From positions 1 through 40,338 of IMG/VR virus record IMGVR_UViG_3300030438_000023: a DNA stretch of 40,338 nucleotides, one strand, 5' to 3'. The stretch is from a virus. Shown here in pieces: positions 1-7,729 of this stretch (position 1 is its first letter; each line of letters starts with the position of its first letter). Made by a program: the position numbers and the translations under genes. Under the pieces are notes generated by a model. The model saw only the letters and a list, made by a program, of their open reading frames with translations. It did not search any database and was not told the origin of the DNA.

Positions 1-162
1 ATCGGCAGCAGCGGCAACTCCGCCAAGATCGGCAGCAGCGGCGACTACGCTCAGATCGGCAGCAGCGGCAACTCCGCTCAGATCGGCAGCAGCGGCTACT
101 ACGCCAAGATCGGCAGCAGCGGCGACTACGCTCAGATCGGCAGCAGCGGCAACTCCGCTCAG
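1..162 (+). repeat. 27-bp coding tandem repeat, six units (second half of the array that starts at 40100)
   Basis: The unit atcggcagcagcggcaactccgccaag repeats head to tail. Variation is confined to a few codon positions (aac/gac/tac, tcc/tac, gcc aag/gct cag). Confidence 0.95.
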
Positions 163-387
163 ATCGAAAGTGCAGGTAAAGATTCGGTTATCTGCTGCGC
201 AGGTCGCGACTCTGCTGTTAAAGCAAAAGCGGGGAGCTGGATTACTCTTGCCGAATGGGAATATTCCGAAGCCAAGAATAGGTACGTTCCAAAATGCGTT
301 AAGACCGAGTATGTTGACGGCGAGCGGATCAAGGCTGATATATGGTACAAACTTATTGATGGAGAGTTTGCCGAGGTGTCGCTATGA
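1..387 (+). CDS. 3' part of tandem-repeat protein gene (continues from 39725..40338 across the contig junction)
   Basis: Frame 1 is open from nt 1 to TGA 385-387. It encodes six 9-aa units IGSSG[NDY][SY]A[KQ], then a unique tail (..SWITLAEWEY..VDGERIKADIWYKLIDGEF). Nt 1-50 are identical to 40289-40338 and in the same frame. Confidence 0.75.
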   Translation: MGSSGNSAKIGSSGDYAQIGSSGNSAQIGSSGYYAKIGSSGDYAQIGSSGNSAQIESAGKDSVICCAGRDSAVKAKAGSWITLAEWEYSEAKNRYVPKCVKTEYVDGERIKADIWYKLIDGEFAEVSL

Positions 388-689
388 CAGACGATGTTAT
401 CACTCTGCGAAACCATCTTCGCGTCGGCGCCCAGAACGCGCTACGCCGCTGGCAGCTCTGCGAAATGACCGGCTGGACAGACCGGCACTTGCGCAAGGTG
501 ATCGAGGCGGCACGATGCGAGGAGGACGGCGAAGAATACTGCATTATGAACTTTGGCAAGGGCTACTATTTGTCAAACGACCCAGCAGAAGCCGAGGTGC
601 TCCGCAAGATCGAGATGGCGCGGATAGCGTCCATTGTCGGGCGGACATACGGCCTGTCGGAGATGATACGGAAAGCGGGGAGGTCGTAA
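384..689 (+). CDS. hypothetical protein, possible winged-helix DNA binding
   Basis: ATG 384 overlaps the upstream stop (ATGA). 101 aa. The segment LCEMTGWTDRHLRKVIEAAR looks HTH-like. No family recognised. Confidence 0.6.
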   Translation: MTDDVITLRNHLRVGAQNALRRWQLCEMTGWTDRHLRKVIEAARCEEDGEEYCIMNFGKGYYLSNDPAEAEVLRKIEMARIASIVGRTYGLSEMIRKAGRS

Positions 690-694
690 TTTAC

Positions 695-865
695 ATGGTT
701 TACAAATGCGAAGCCTGCCACGCGATCTTCTTTGAGCCGTACACTTATCAGGTGCGTGAGAACCTTGACGGCGAGAACGGAATAGAAACGCGGACGGTCG
801 CCGAGTGCCCGTTCTGCGGTGAGGAATTTTTTGAGGAGGAAAGCAATGAACCTGTATCAGATTGA
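695..865 (+). CDS. small zinc-ribbon protein
   Basis: ATG 695 follows GGGGAGG. 56 aa with two CxxC pairs (CEAC...CPFC). The longer upstream extension of ORF 170..865 overlaps two other genes and looks non-coding. Confidence 0.55.
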   Translation: MVYKCEACHAIFFEPYTYQVRENLDGENGIETRTVAECPFCGEEFFEEESNEPVSD

Positions 866-1331
866 TTCCGCGCTTGCGGAATGTGTAGATGCCGAGACCG
901 GCGAAATCCTTGACGTTGAAAAGCTCATGGAGCTGAACATGGCAAGAGAGCAGAAGATCGAGAACATCGCGCTTTGGATTAAAAACGACGTGTCCGAAGC
1001 AAAGGCGATCCGCGAAGAAGAGAAGTCCCTCGCGGCGCGCAGACAGGCTTTAGAGCGTGCGGCAGAGAGCAAGAAAAAATATCTCGATTCTGTGCTGAAC
1101 GGCGAGAAGTTTTCCACTCCCCGATGCTCCATCAGCTACCGCAAGACCACCAGCGTGGAGGTCTCCGACATGAGCGCGGTGGTTGCATGGATGCTCGCCA
1201 ACGGCCACGACGGCGAGGTTACTTACAACGCCCCCACGGTGAGCAAGACCGACCTTGCCCCGCTGCTGAAAAACGGCGCCGAAATCGACGGTGCGACGCT
1301 TGTACAGGGCATGAGCATGGGGGTGAAGTGA
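846..1331 (+). CDS. siphovirus Gp157-like protein (recombination module accessory)
   Basis: ATG 846 follows AGGAGG. It has an N-terminal MNLYQI.. segment, a central coiled coil and a C-terminal ..GAEIDGATLVQGMSMGVK pattern. This matches my recollection of the Gp157 family, which sits next to phage annealases. Confidence 0.7.
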   Translation: MNLYQIDSALAECVDAETGEILDVEKLMELNMAREQKIENIALWIKNDVSEAKAIREEEKSLAARRQALERAAESKKKYLDSVLNGEKFSTPRCSISYRKTTSVEVSDMSAVVAWMLANGHDGEVTYNAPTVSKTDLAPLLKNGAEIDGATLVQGMSMGVK

Positions 1332-1996
1332 TGGAGAACCTTGGAATTTATGAAAGCGTGCGGCAAGTCCCGCCATCCGCACAGCGCGAAATTCAAGCGG
1401 GGAGGCTGAAAGGCAAGACCGACATTAACCCCATGTGGCGCATTAAGGCGCTGACGGAGCAGTTCGGCCCCTGCGGGATCGGCTGGAAGTACGTTATCAC
1501 GGATAAGCGGTTGGAGCAGGGCGCGAACAACGAGGTTTCCGCATTTGTTGACATTGATCTTTACATCAAGGTCGATGGTGCGTGGTCAGATGCGATCCCC
1601 GGCACAGGCGGCAGCGCGTTTGTTGCCAGTGAACGAAACGGCCTTTACACCTCTGACGAGTGCTTCAAAATGGCGCTGACCGATGCTATCTCCGTCGCCT
1701 GCAAGGCGCTCGGTTTTGGTGCGGATGTGTATTGGGCGAAGGACGCGACCAAGTACACGCCAGGAACCGCAGAGCAGAAGCCGAGCAAGGAAAAAATGCA
1801 GTCCTTCAACCAGGCGTACAAGGAACAGTTTGACTACACCTGCCAAGACTGCAAGCAGCCAATCACACCGCAGTTCTTTAACGACAAGTTCTATAGCGTG
1901 AGCGACATCTCCAAAGGCGCGGTGAAGAAGTACGGCGTTCCGCTCTGCTGGGGCTGCATGGATAAGAGAAAAGCCAATGAAAGCCCGACTGCATGA
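1331..1996 (+). CDS. single-strand annealing protein, Rad52/Sak-like, with C-terminal zinc ribbon
   Basis: Start is coupled to the upstream stop (GTGATG). Motifs INPMWRIKALTEQFGPCGIGWKY and KMALTDAISVACKALGFGADVY resemble Rad52/Sak-type annealases. The tail carries CQDC...CWGC. Flanked by the Gp157-like gene and SSB. Confidence 0.6.
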   Translation: MENLGIYESVRQVPPSAQREIQAGRLKGKTDINPMWRIKALTEQFGPCGIGWKYVITDKRLEQGANNEVSAFVDIDLYIKVDGAWSDAIPGTGGSAFVASERNGLYTSDECFKMALTDAISVACKALGFGADVYWAKDATKYTPGTAEQKPSKEKMQSFNQAYKEQFDYTCQDCKQPITPQFFNDKFYSVSDISKGAVKKYGVPLCWGCMDKRKANESPTA

Positions 1997-2504
1997 TTTA
2001 TCCCTTGCGCGCGATGGTGCGTATCTGCTCACCATCGCCACGCGGGAGAATATCGGGCCGCTGTTTGACGAGCTGCACGAGACAGACGTTGACGTGACCG
2101 TGAAGAAGCACCGCGAGAAGCGGAGCCTTGATGCCAATGCGTACTTCTGGGTTCTGGTTGACCGGCTGGCCGAAAAGACCCGAATTCCCAAGACGGATAT
2201 TTACCGGAGATACATTCGGGAGATCGGCGGCAATCATGAAATGGTCTGCGTGATCGATTCAGCCGTGAAAAAGTTGCGGAACGGGTGGGAACACAATGGG
2301 CTTGGCTGGCAGACGGATACCATGCCAAGTAGGATCCCCGGCTGCACCAACGTGATTTTGTACTACGGCTCCAGCACCTACAACACCAGGCAAATGTCAC
2401 ATTTGATCGATATGGCGGTGCAGGACTGCCAGGAGCAAAACATCGAGACCCTGTCTCCGGAGAAGCTGGCAGGGATGATGGAGGAATGGCGATGCACAAA
2501 ATGA
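1977..2504 (+). CDS. recombination-associated protein (NinB/Orf-like or HNHc_6-like)
   Basis: 175 aa. The KRSLDANAYFWVLVDRLA motif resembles the RSLDQN motif of lambda NinB and related phage families. Assignment rests on motif recall only. Confidence 0.45.
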   Translation: MKARLHDLSLARDGAYLLTIATRENIGPLFDELHETDVDVTVKKHREKRSLDANAYFWVLVDRLAEKTRIPKTDIYRRYIREIGGNHEMVCVIDSAVKKLRNGWEHNGLGWQTDTMPSRIPGCTNVILYYGSSTYNTRQMSHLIDMAVQDCQEQNIETLSPEKLAGMMEEWRCTK

Positions 2505-2806
2505 CAAAGGCCACGTCCATCCCCAAAAGCGTCAAGGAGGCCGTATACGAGCGCGACGGCGGGCGCTGCATCCTCTGCGGGCGGAACAACGGGGAGCCTG
2601 TAGCGCACGTTATACGGCGCTCGCAGGGCGGCAGAGGCATCGAGCAGAACATCGTGACGCTCTGCCCCTCCTGCCACCGAGCCTTTGACGAGGGGCCGCA
2701 GAGGACGGCGCTATACGCCTGCATCGTCGGCTACCTCAAAGCGAAATATCCCGGCTGGACACGGGAGAACATGATTTACAGAAAAAACAGGGAGGAATTG
2801 AAATGA
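2492..2806 (+). CDS. HNH endonuclease
   Basis: Motif CILCGR..GEPVAHVIRRSQGGRGIEQNIVTLCPSCH (HNH with Cys pairs). ATG 2492 lies 6 nt after GGAGGA. In-frame ATGs at 2486 and 2501 are alternatives. Confidence 0.85.
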   Translation: MHKMTKATSIPKSVKEAVYERDGGRCILCGRNNGEPVAHVIRRSQGGRGIEQNIVTLCPSCHRAFDEGPQRTALYACIVGYLKAKYPGWTRENMIYRKNREELK

Positions 2807-3201
2807 GCTTGAACAGGATCAACGTCATGGGACGCATTGGAAAGGACCTTGAGCTGCGCCGCACGCAGAGCGGCAAGGCGGTCACCAGTTTCCCCATCGC
2901 CGTCGACCGCGACGGCAAGGATGCCGGAACGGACTGGTTTGATGTGGTCGCGTGGGAGCGCACGGCGGAGCGCACCGCGCAATACTGCGCCAAGGGGCGT
3001 AAGGTGGTGGTAGACGGTCGCTTGCAGGCGCGAGACTGGACCGACAAGGACGGCAATAAGCGCCGCTCGGTCGAGATCATCGCCAATAGCGTGTACTTTG
3101 CCGACAGCAAGCCGCAGGATGGACCCGCCGCATACAGTCCCGCATCAAGCAGCCCGGGCGAGTTTAGCGAGGTCGAGGACGACGGGGACCTCCCGTTTTG
3201 A
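2803..3201 (+). CDS. ssb: single-stranded DNA-binding protein
   Basis: OB-fold signature (NRINVMGRIGKDLELRRTQSGKAVTSFPIAV...WFDVVAWERTAE...GRKVVVDGRLQ) and an acidic C-terminal tip DDGDLPF. Confidence 0.9.
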   Translation: MSLNRINVMGRIGKDLELRRTQSGKAVTSFPIAVDRDGKDAGTDWFDVVAWERTAERTAQYCAKGRKVVVDGRLQARDWTDKDGNKRRSVEIIANSVYFADSKPQDGPAAYSPASSSPGEFSEVEDDGDLPF

Positions 3202-3213
3202 TGGAGGTGCGGT

Positions 3214-3381
3214 GTGAAGTACGACGCTTTGATTTACGATTGCGAGAATATCTTTGATGTAGATGATCCGGCACATAATATGATCCGCATCGACGGCCTC
3301 TCGCAACCAGAAGCAGATGACCTTTGCGACATTATGACCCAGCACGGCGTATCAATTTGCCTGCTCCCCTATAAGGAGTGA
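3214..3381 (+). CDS. small hypothetical protein (55 aa, GTG start)
   Basis: GTG 3214 follows GGAGGTG. It fills the gap between ssb and the next gene. Acidic, no motif recognised. Below the 60-aa cutoff of the ORF track. Confidence 0.35.
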   Translation: MKYDALIYDCENIFDVDDPAHNMIRIDGLSQPEADDLCDIMTQHGVSICLLPYKE

Positions 3382-3385
3382 GCGC

Positions 3386-4036
3386 ATGGCGGATATGACT
3401 TACATCAAGCTGTTTGTCGATTACTTAGACGCAATAGAGCCACTCGGTGACGCTGAGAGGGGGAGGCTTTTCACTTCCTTGTTAGAATATGCAAGGACGG
3501 GCGAAGCCCCGCAGCTTGGCGGGAACGAACGGTTTCTTTTCCCTATGATGAGGGCGCAGATCGACAGGGACAACGCTGCAATGGCGGAATTATCCGAGGC
3601 GCGAAGCAAGGCCGGGAAGATCGGAGCGGAAGCAAAACAAGCAAATGCAGGATTTGCCAAGCAAAACAAGCAAATGCCAAATTTGCCAAGCAAATCAAGC
3701 TATGACAAAGACAAAGACAAAGACAAAGACAAAGACAAAGACAAAGACTATATATCCTCCCCTCCCCCCTTACCGCGAAAGGCTCCCACGTTTGACGAGG
3801 TTGTCGAATATGCCAAGCTGCGCGGAGGGCTTATTGACCCCAAACCATTCTACGATTTTTACTCTGTCGCAAATTGGCGGGACACCGAGGGCAAGCCGGT
3901 CTACAACTGGCAACAAAAATTCCATCTATGGGAAAAACGCGAGCTGGAGAAGAAAGGGGGCGCGATGAATGGACATGGTCACGATACTGGAAGAGATACG
4001 AAAAAATGGAACGTCCCCGGAGCCGTCAATCTCTGA
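3386..4036 (+). CDS. phage replisome organizer / DnaD-like replication protein
   Basis: The N-terminal YIKLFVDYLDAIEPLGDAERGRLFTSLLEYARTGE and the C-terminal FDEVVEYAKLRG..FYDFY..NWRD..GKPV.NWQQK..LW are typical of phage replication organizers. The central linker is low-complexity (DK)6. It lies directly upstream of the DnaC-like loader. Confidence 0.6.
   Translation: MADMTYIKLFVDYLDAIEPLGDAERGRLFTSLLEYARTGEAPQLGGNERFLFPMMRAQIDRDNAAMAELSEARSKAGKIGAEAKQANAGFAKQNKQMPNLPSKSSYDKDKDKDKDKDKDKDYISSPPPLPRKAPTFDEVVEYAKLRGGLIDPKPFYDFYSVANWRDTEGKPVYNWQQKFHLWEKRELEKKGGAMNGHGHDTGRDTKKWNVPGAVNL
3632..3700. repeat. two tandem 29-bp direct repeats plus a partial third (iteron-like)
   Basis: 3632-3660 and 3661-3689 match at 26/29 positions. 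The array contains GCAAAT three times and its complement ATTTGC twice. The 29-bp period is not a multiple of 3, so the copies are read in different frames. Confidence 0.85.
3704..3742 (+). repeat. (GACAAA)6 hexanucleotide microsatellite encoding (DK)6D
   Basis: Perfect gacaaa x6 followed by gac, lying inside the replisome organizer gene. Confidence 0.95.
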
Positions 4037-4694
4037 CGAATGCCCACTATGCGGCGGAGTGGGATACATCGTGCGGAGATCAGCAGACGGGAACGCGGAA
4101 TACCGGGAGTGCGAATGCTCCATCCGCAAAAGGAATCTGCAACGCATCGAAAGAAGCGGGCTTAAAGAGCTTTTGCAGAGATGCACGATGGAGAACTACC
4201 GCGCGACGGAGCCGTGGCAGAAGCAGGCTAAAGAGGCGGCGGAACGCTATCTTGCCAATTGGCGCGGAAGATGGTTTTACGCCGGAGGAAGCCCCGGCAG
4301 CGGGAAAACGCACCTTTGCACGGCGATGTGCGGGAAGCTCATGGATGCCGGATTACCGGTGCGCTATGTGCAATGGCGTGCGGATATTCCGGCCATCAAA
4401 GCAAAGGTCAACGATGCCGAGGCATATCAAGACGCCATTGATCCGCTGAAAAGCGTCAAGGTGCTGTACATCGACGATTTTCTCAAGGGGACGGCGACAG
4501 AAGCCGATCGCAACATTGCGTTTGATCTGCTCAATGCGCGGTATATCAAGCCAAGCCTTGTGACAATCATCAGCTCCGAGTGGACGATCTCGCGCGTGCT
4601 GGACTGGGACGAGGCGATAGGCTCGCGCATTGCGGAGCGGTCGAAAGGCTGCGTACTGAATATTACCGGATCCAAAAACTACCGGCTAAAATGA
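3969..4694 (+). CDS. DnaC/IstB-like AAA+ helicase loader
   Basis: Walker A GGSPGSGKTH, Walker B VLYIDDF, and an N-terminal CPLC..CEC zinc motif. It overlaps the upstream gene by 68 nt. Confidence 0.8.
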   Translation: MDMVTILEEIRKNGTSPEPSISDECPLCGGVGYIVRRSADGNAEYRECECSIRKRNLQRIERSGLKELLQRCTMENYRATEPWQKQAKEAAERYLANWRGRWFYAGGSPGSGKTHLCTAMCGKLMDAGLPVRYVQWRADIPAIKAKVNDAEAYQDAIDPLKSVKVLYIDDFLKGTATEADRNIAFDLLNARYIKPSLVTIISSEWTISRVLDWDEAIGSRIAERSKGCVLNITGSKNYRLK

Positions 4695-4766
4695 AAGAAT
4701 ACCCGTTAGGAGGAGACATGACAGAATATGATCAGGTTCTGGATTACATCGGAGTGAGGTATTGAG

Positions 4767-5462
4767 ATGAAGGTTTTAGTTGCCTGCGAGGAATCGCAGG
4801 AAGTATGTAAGGCGTTCCGCGCATTGGGGCATGAGGCATATTCCTGCGACATTCAGGAACCGTCCGGCGGACATCCGGAGTGGCATATTTTGGGCGATGC
4901 GCTCAAGGCCATTGATGGGGGGCAAGTGACCACAATGGACGGGGAGACGCATGACGTCGGCAAATGGGATTTGCTGATCGCGCACCCGCCGTGCACATAC
5001 CTAACCGTTACAGGGAATCGATGGTTTAACACAAAAAGATATGGCGAAAAGGCGGTCGGACGGGTGCAGTTGCGGGAAGAAGCTGCGGCGTTTTTCCTGG
5101 CCTTTGTAAATGCCAACGTTTGTAAAATCGCGGTAGAAAATCCGGTCGGATATATGTCTACACACTATCGTAAGCCTGATTGTATTATCCAGCCGCATGA
5201 ATTCGGGCACCACGCAAGAAAAAAGACTTGCCTATGGCTAAAAGGCTTACCCACTTTGCGACCGACAAACATTGTAGATGCAGGAGATATTTTGCCAGGT
5301 GGATACAGTGTGGGGGCAAGCGCAAACTATGCAAAAGACGAGACTGGTAAGATTATGCGATGGAATGACCCGCGTACGGCAAAAGCAAGAAGCAAGACCT
5401 TCCCCGGCATCGCCAAAGCTATGGCGGAGCAATGGGGCGGAGACATAAGGGAGGAATTATGA
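4767..5462 (+). CDS. C-5 cytosine DNA methyltransferase-like protein (non-canonical motif I)
   Basis: Motifs IAHPPCTYLTVTG (PPC, motif IV-like) and AVENPVG (ENV-like, motif VI). The N-terminus VLVACEESQ replaces the usual FxGxG. It resembles small phage 'DNA methylase' proteins as I recall them. Confidence 0.5.
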   Translation: MKVLVACEESQEVCKAFRALGHEAYSCDIQEPSGGHPEWHILGDALKAIDGGQVTTMDGETHDVGKWDLLIAHPPCTYLTVTGNRWFNTKRYGEKAVGRVQLREEAAAFFLAFVNANVCKIAVENPVGYMSTHYRKPDCIIQPHEFGHHARKKTCLWLKGLPTLRPTNIVDAGDILPGGYSVGASANYAKDETGKIMRWNDPRTAKARSKTFPGIAKAMAEQWGGDIREEL

Positions 5463-5686
5463 GAGATACAAACCTCGTAAATGCGCTGCGTGAGCACGCA
5501 GAATGGGCGGAGGGGAACCAGTGGGAAACGCCGATCACGCTGGGCGATGATCTGACAGAAGCCGCTGACCTGATCGAGGCGCAGGTGAAAGAAATTGACG
5601 CCCTGCGGAACGAACTGTGCCTGAAATGCGGAAACTACACGCTGGCCCATGAGGAGGCCTGTAACGGATGCCGGTGGAGGAGGTAA
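5459..5686 (+). CDS. hypothetical protein (75 aa)
   Basis: ATGA-coupled start at 5459 after GGGAGGA. C-terminal CLKCG...CNGC zinc-ribbon-like motif. Confidence 0.55.
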   Translation: MRDTNLVNALREHAEWAEGNQWETPITLGDDLTEAADLIEAQVKEIDALRNELCLKCGNYTLAHEEACNGCRWRR

Positions 5687-5689
5687 AAG

Positions 5690-6034
5690 ATGGAAGCGTT
5701 AGAATTTTTGAAAGAAAGAAAAAGGATGTGTCGTTCTTTTGGTGGATCGTGCACGGGCTGCCAGCTTGAAGGGACTAAATGCGTCGTCAGCAGCATCGTG
5801 CCTGATGAAGATTACAAGAGAATCATCGCTACCGTCGAGCAGTGGTCGAAGGAGCACCCGCGCAAGACGCGGCAGAGCGTGTTTCTGGAGCAGTGGCCGA
5901 ACTGCATGATGGGCGATGATGGCGTTATCGGGATGTGCCCAAGAAATGTTGACAAGATGTATGTCTGCAATTTAAGCCAATTTGCTGAGTGCACAGACTG
6001 CCGCTACGAGTTTTGGATGCAGGAGGTGGAGTGA
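5690..6034 (+). CDS. hypothetical Cys-rich protein (114 aa)
   Basis: ATG follows GGAGGAGG. It contains multiple Cys clusters. The pattern ..KTRQSVFLEQWPN..GVIGMCP.. is one I recall in Clostridia phages of unknown function. Confidence 0.6.
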   Translation: MEALEFLKERKRMCRSFGGSCTGCQLEGTKCVVSSIVPDEDYKRIIATVEQWSKEHPRKTRQSVFLEQWPNCMMGDDGVIGMCPRNVDKMYVCNLSQFAECTDCRYEFWMQEVE

Positions 6035-6477
6035 TGGAACGACTGACATACCGCGATAAAGACGGATTCCCGATGATGAAAAACCGTGGTGGATTCAAGC
6101 AGGAAGGCGTTGAGCGCCTTGCCGCCTACGAGGACACGCACATGATGCCATCCGATGTAACCTCGATGCGCATGGATATGGCTATCATTGCGGCGCTGTT
6201 CAACGGCGTCGATGTGGACAGAATGAAAGAACTGACCGAGGCCGACAGAGCCGGTCGGCTGGTGGTGCTGCCGTGCAAGGTGGGCGATAAATTATACAGA
6301 GTGTTCGACGGAAATATCTCAGAACATGAAGTCCAAAACATGAAATACTTCGCAAGGCAAAGACGGTTGGGCATTGATATGACCCCGTTCTTCCCGGATG
6401 CGGAAAAGTTCATAGGCAAGACCGTATTCCTCACCCGCGAGGAGGCGGAAGCGGCATTGGAGGCAATGAAAAAATGA
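6034..6477 (+). CDS. hypothetical protein (147 aa)
   Basis: ATG 6034 follows AGGAGGTGGAG and is coupled to the upstream stop. No family recognised. Confidence 0.6.
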   Translation: MERLTYRDKDGFPMMKNRGGFKQEGVERLAAYEDTHMMPSDVTSMRMDMAIIAALFNGVDVDRMKELTEADRAGRLVVLPCKVGDKLYRVFDGNISEHEVQNMKYFARQRRLGIDMTPFFPDAEKFIGKTVFLTREEAEAALEAMKK

Positions 6478-6950
6478 GTAAAGCTGTTATGCTGAGCATC
6501 CGCCCGAAGTGGTGCGAGAAGATCATCAATGGAGATAAAACGATCGAGGTGCGCAAGACGCGCCCAAAGATGGACACGCCGTTTAAGTGCTATATCTACT
6601 GCACTCAGAGCGGTGTTGCTCTCGGAGCGTGGGGAAAGCACGGCAAAGTCGTCGGGGAATTTACCTGTAACCGCATAGATAGACTTGCCCCGGCAAACGA
6701 ACCGTATGGCATCTATGACATTGACGATGATTATGTATTTCAGACTTGCCTTGAAAATGGGGCTCTATGGGATTATGGGCACGGAATACCGCTTTACGGC
6801 TGGCATATCTCCGGCCTGAAAATCTACGATGTGCCGAAGAAACTGAGCGAGTTTACCGGTCTACGCGATACGAGGTTCGGCGCAGCGCCATATGACATCA
6901 AGCGCCCACCGCAGAGCTGGTGCTATGTGGAGGTGATGGACAATGGCTGA
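6474..6950 (+). CDS. ASCH domain protein
   Basis: The N-terminus SIRPKWCEKIINGDKTIEVRK matches the ASCH/PUA-like signature. ATGA-coupled start. Confidence 0.65.
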   Translation: MSKAVMLSIRPKWCEKIINGDKTIEVRKTRPKMDTPFKCYIYCTQSGVALGAWGKHGKVVGEFTCNRIDRLAPANEPYGIYDIDDDYVFQTCLENGALWDYGHGIPLYGWHISGLKIYDVPKKLSEFTGLRDTRFGAAPYDIKRPPQSWCYVEVMDNG

Positions 6951-7146
6951 ATTGAAACGCTGCCCTGAGTGCGGTGGAGTTGCAACCGTTATCCATATGT
7001 ATGATACCTACGATAGAGCAGATTTTGGGTGGAGTGCCGGTTGCGGGAGATATAGAGCTGGTGATGGACTCCACACAAAGAAGATGAAAGTATCTGGGCT
7101 GCCCAGCAAAGAAAAAGAAATCGAAGCATGGAACAGGAGGGTGTGA
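6943..7146 (+). CDS. Lar-family restriction alleviation-like protein
   Basis: 67 aa. LKRCPECGG near the N-terminus and a tail ending ..EIEAWNRRV match my recollection of the Lar family. Confidence 0.45.
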   Translation: MAELKRCPECGGVATVIHMYDTYDRADFGWSAGCGRYRAGDGLHTKKMKVSGLPSKEKEIEAWNRRV

Positions 7147-7148
7147 CA

Positions 7149-7433
7149 ATGGCTGAATACATTGAGCGCAGTGTGGGAGTTTCTATTTTGCGCGCAAAAG
7201 CAAACATGGTGGTTTTGATGGACGCTGCTCCGTATTTTGAAAAAGCGGCGCAGATGTTGGAGCAACTTCCCACCGTCGATGCTGTGGTCGTTACTCGGTG
7301 CAAGGACTGTAAGTACAGTTGCAAGGATGGAAACGGACGTACTTGCGAAGGCTATTGGTATGAGCTGAGCGAGTACGCTGTCCCAGTAAAGGACGATGCC
7401 TTTTGCAGCTTCGGCGAGCCGAAGGAGGACTGA
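7149..7433 (+). CDS. hypothetical Cys-rich protein, paralog A
   Basis: Begins at tgacaATGGCTGAATACATT. Contains PTVDAVVVTRCKDCKY...FCSFGEPKED. Paralogous to 7716..8012. Confidence 0.6.
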   Translation: MAEYIERSVGVSILRAKANMVVLMDAAPYFEKAAQMLEQLPTVDAVVVTRCKDCKYSCKDGNGRTCEGYWYELSEYAVPVKDDAFCSFGEPKED

Positions 7434-7435
7434 CA

Positions 7436-7729
7436 ATGGCTGAATACATTAAGCGAGAAGCTGTGATTGATCTAATCACACGTCGGTACGAAAATCCAGA
7501 AATCTGCGCGCAGGAGATCAACAGTATTCCCGCCGCTGATGTTGCCCCGGTGGTGCATGGGCGGTGGGATGATTCTGGTCGATATACGTTTCCGGGTGGT
7601 GGCACAGCTGTTAGGTGTACCGAGTGCGGTTGTGCACTGACGGTGAGCGAGTATCACCTGAACAACTGGAATTACTGTCCTGTATGCGGGGCCAAGATGG
7701 ACGGAGGTGCTGACCATGAGGACGATTGA
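7436..7729 (+). CDS. hypothetical zinc-ribbon protein
   Basis: It shares the same 20-nt 5' end (tgacaatggctgaatacatt) as 7149. Contains VVHGRW...CTECGC...CPVCG. Confidence 0.6.
   Translation: MAEYIKREAVIDLITRRYENPEICAQEINSIPAADVAPVVHGRWDDSGRYTFPGGGTAVRCTECGCALTVSEYHLNNWNYCPVCGAKMDGGADHEDD

Noticed and set aside
3874-4449. 191-codon alternative-frame ORF overlapping the replisome organizer and DnaC-like genes
   Set aside because: It is out of frame with two motif-supported genes. The product is Arg-rich and it has no SD.
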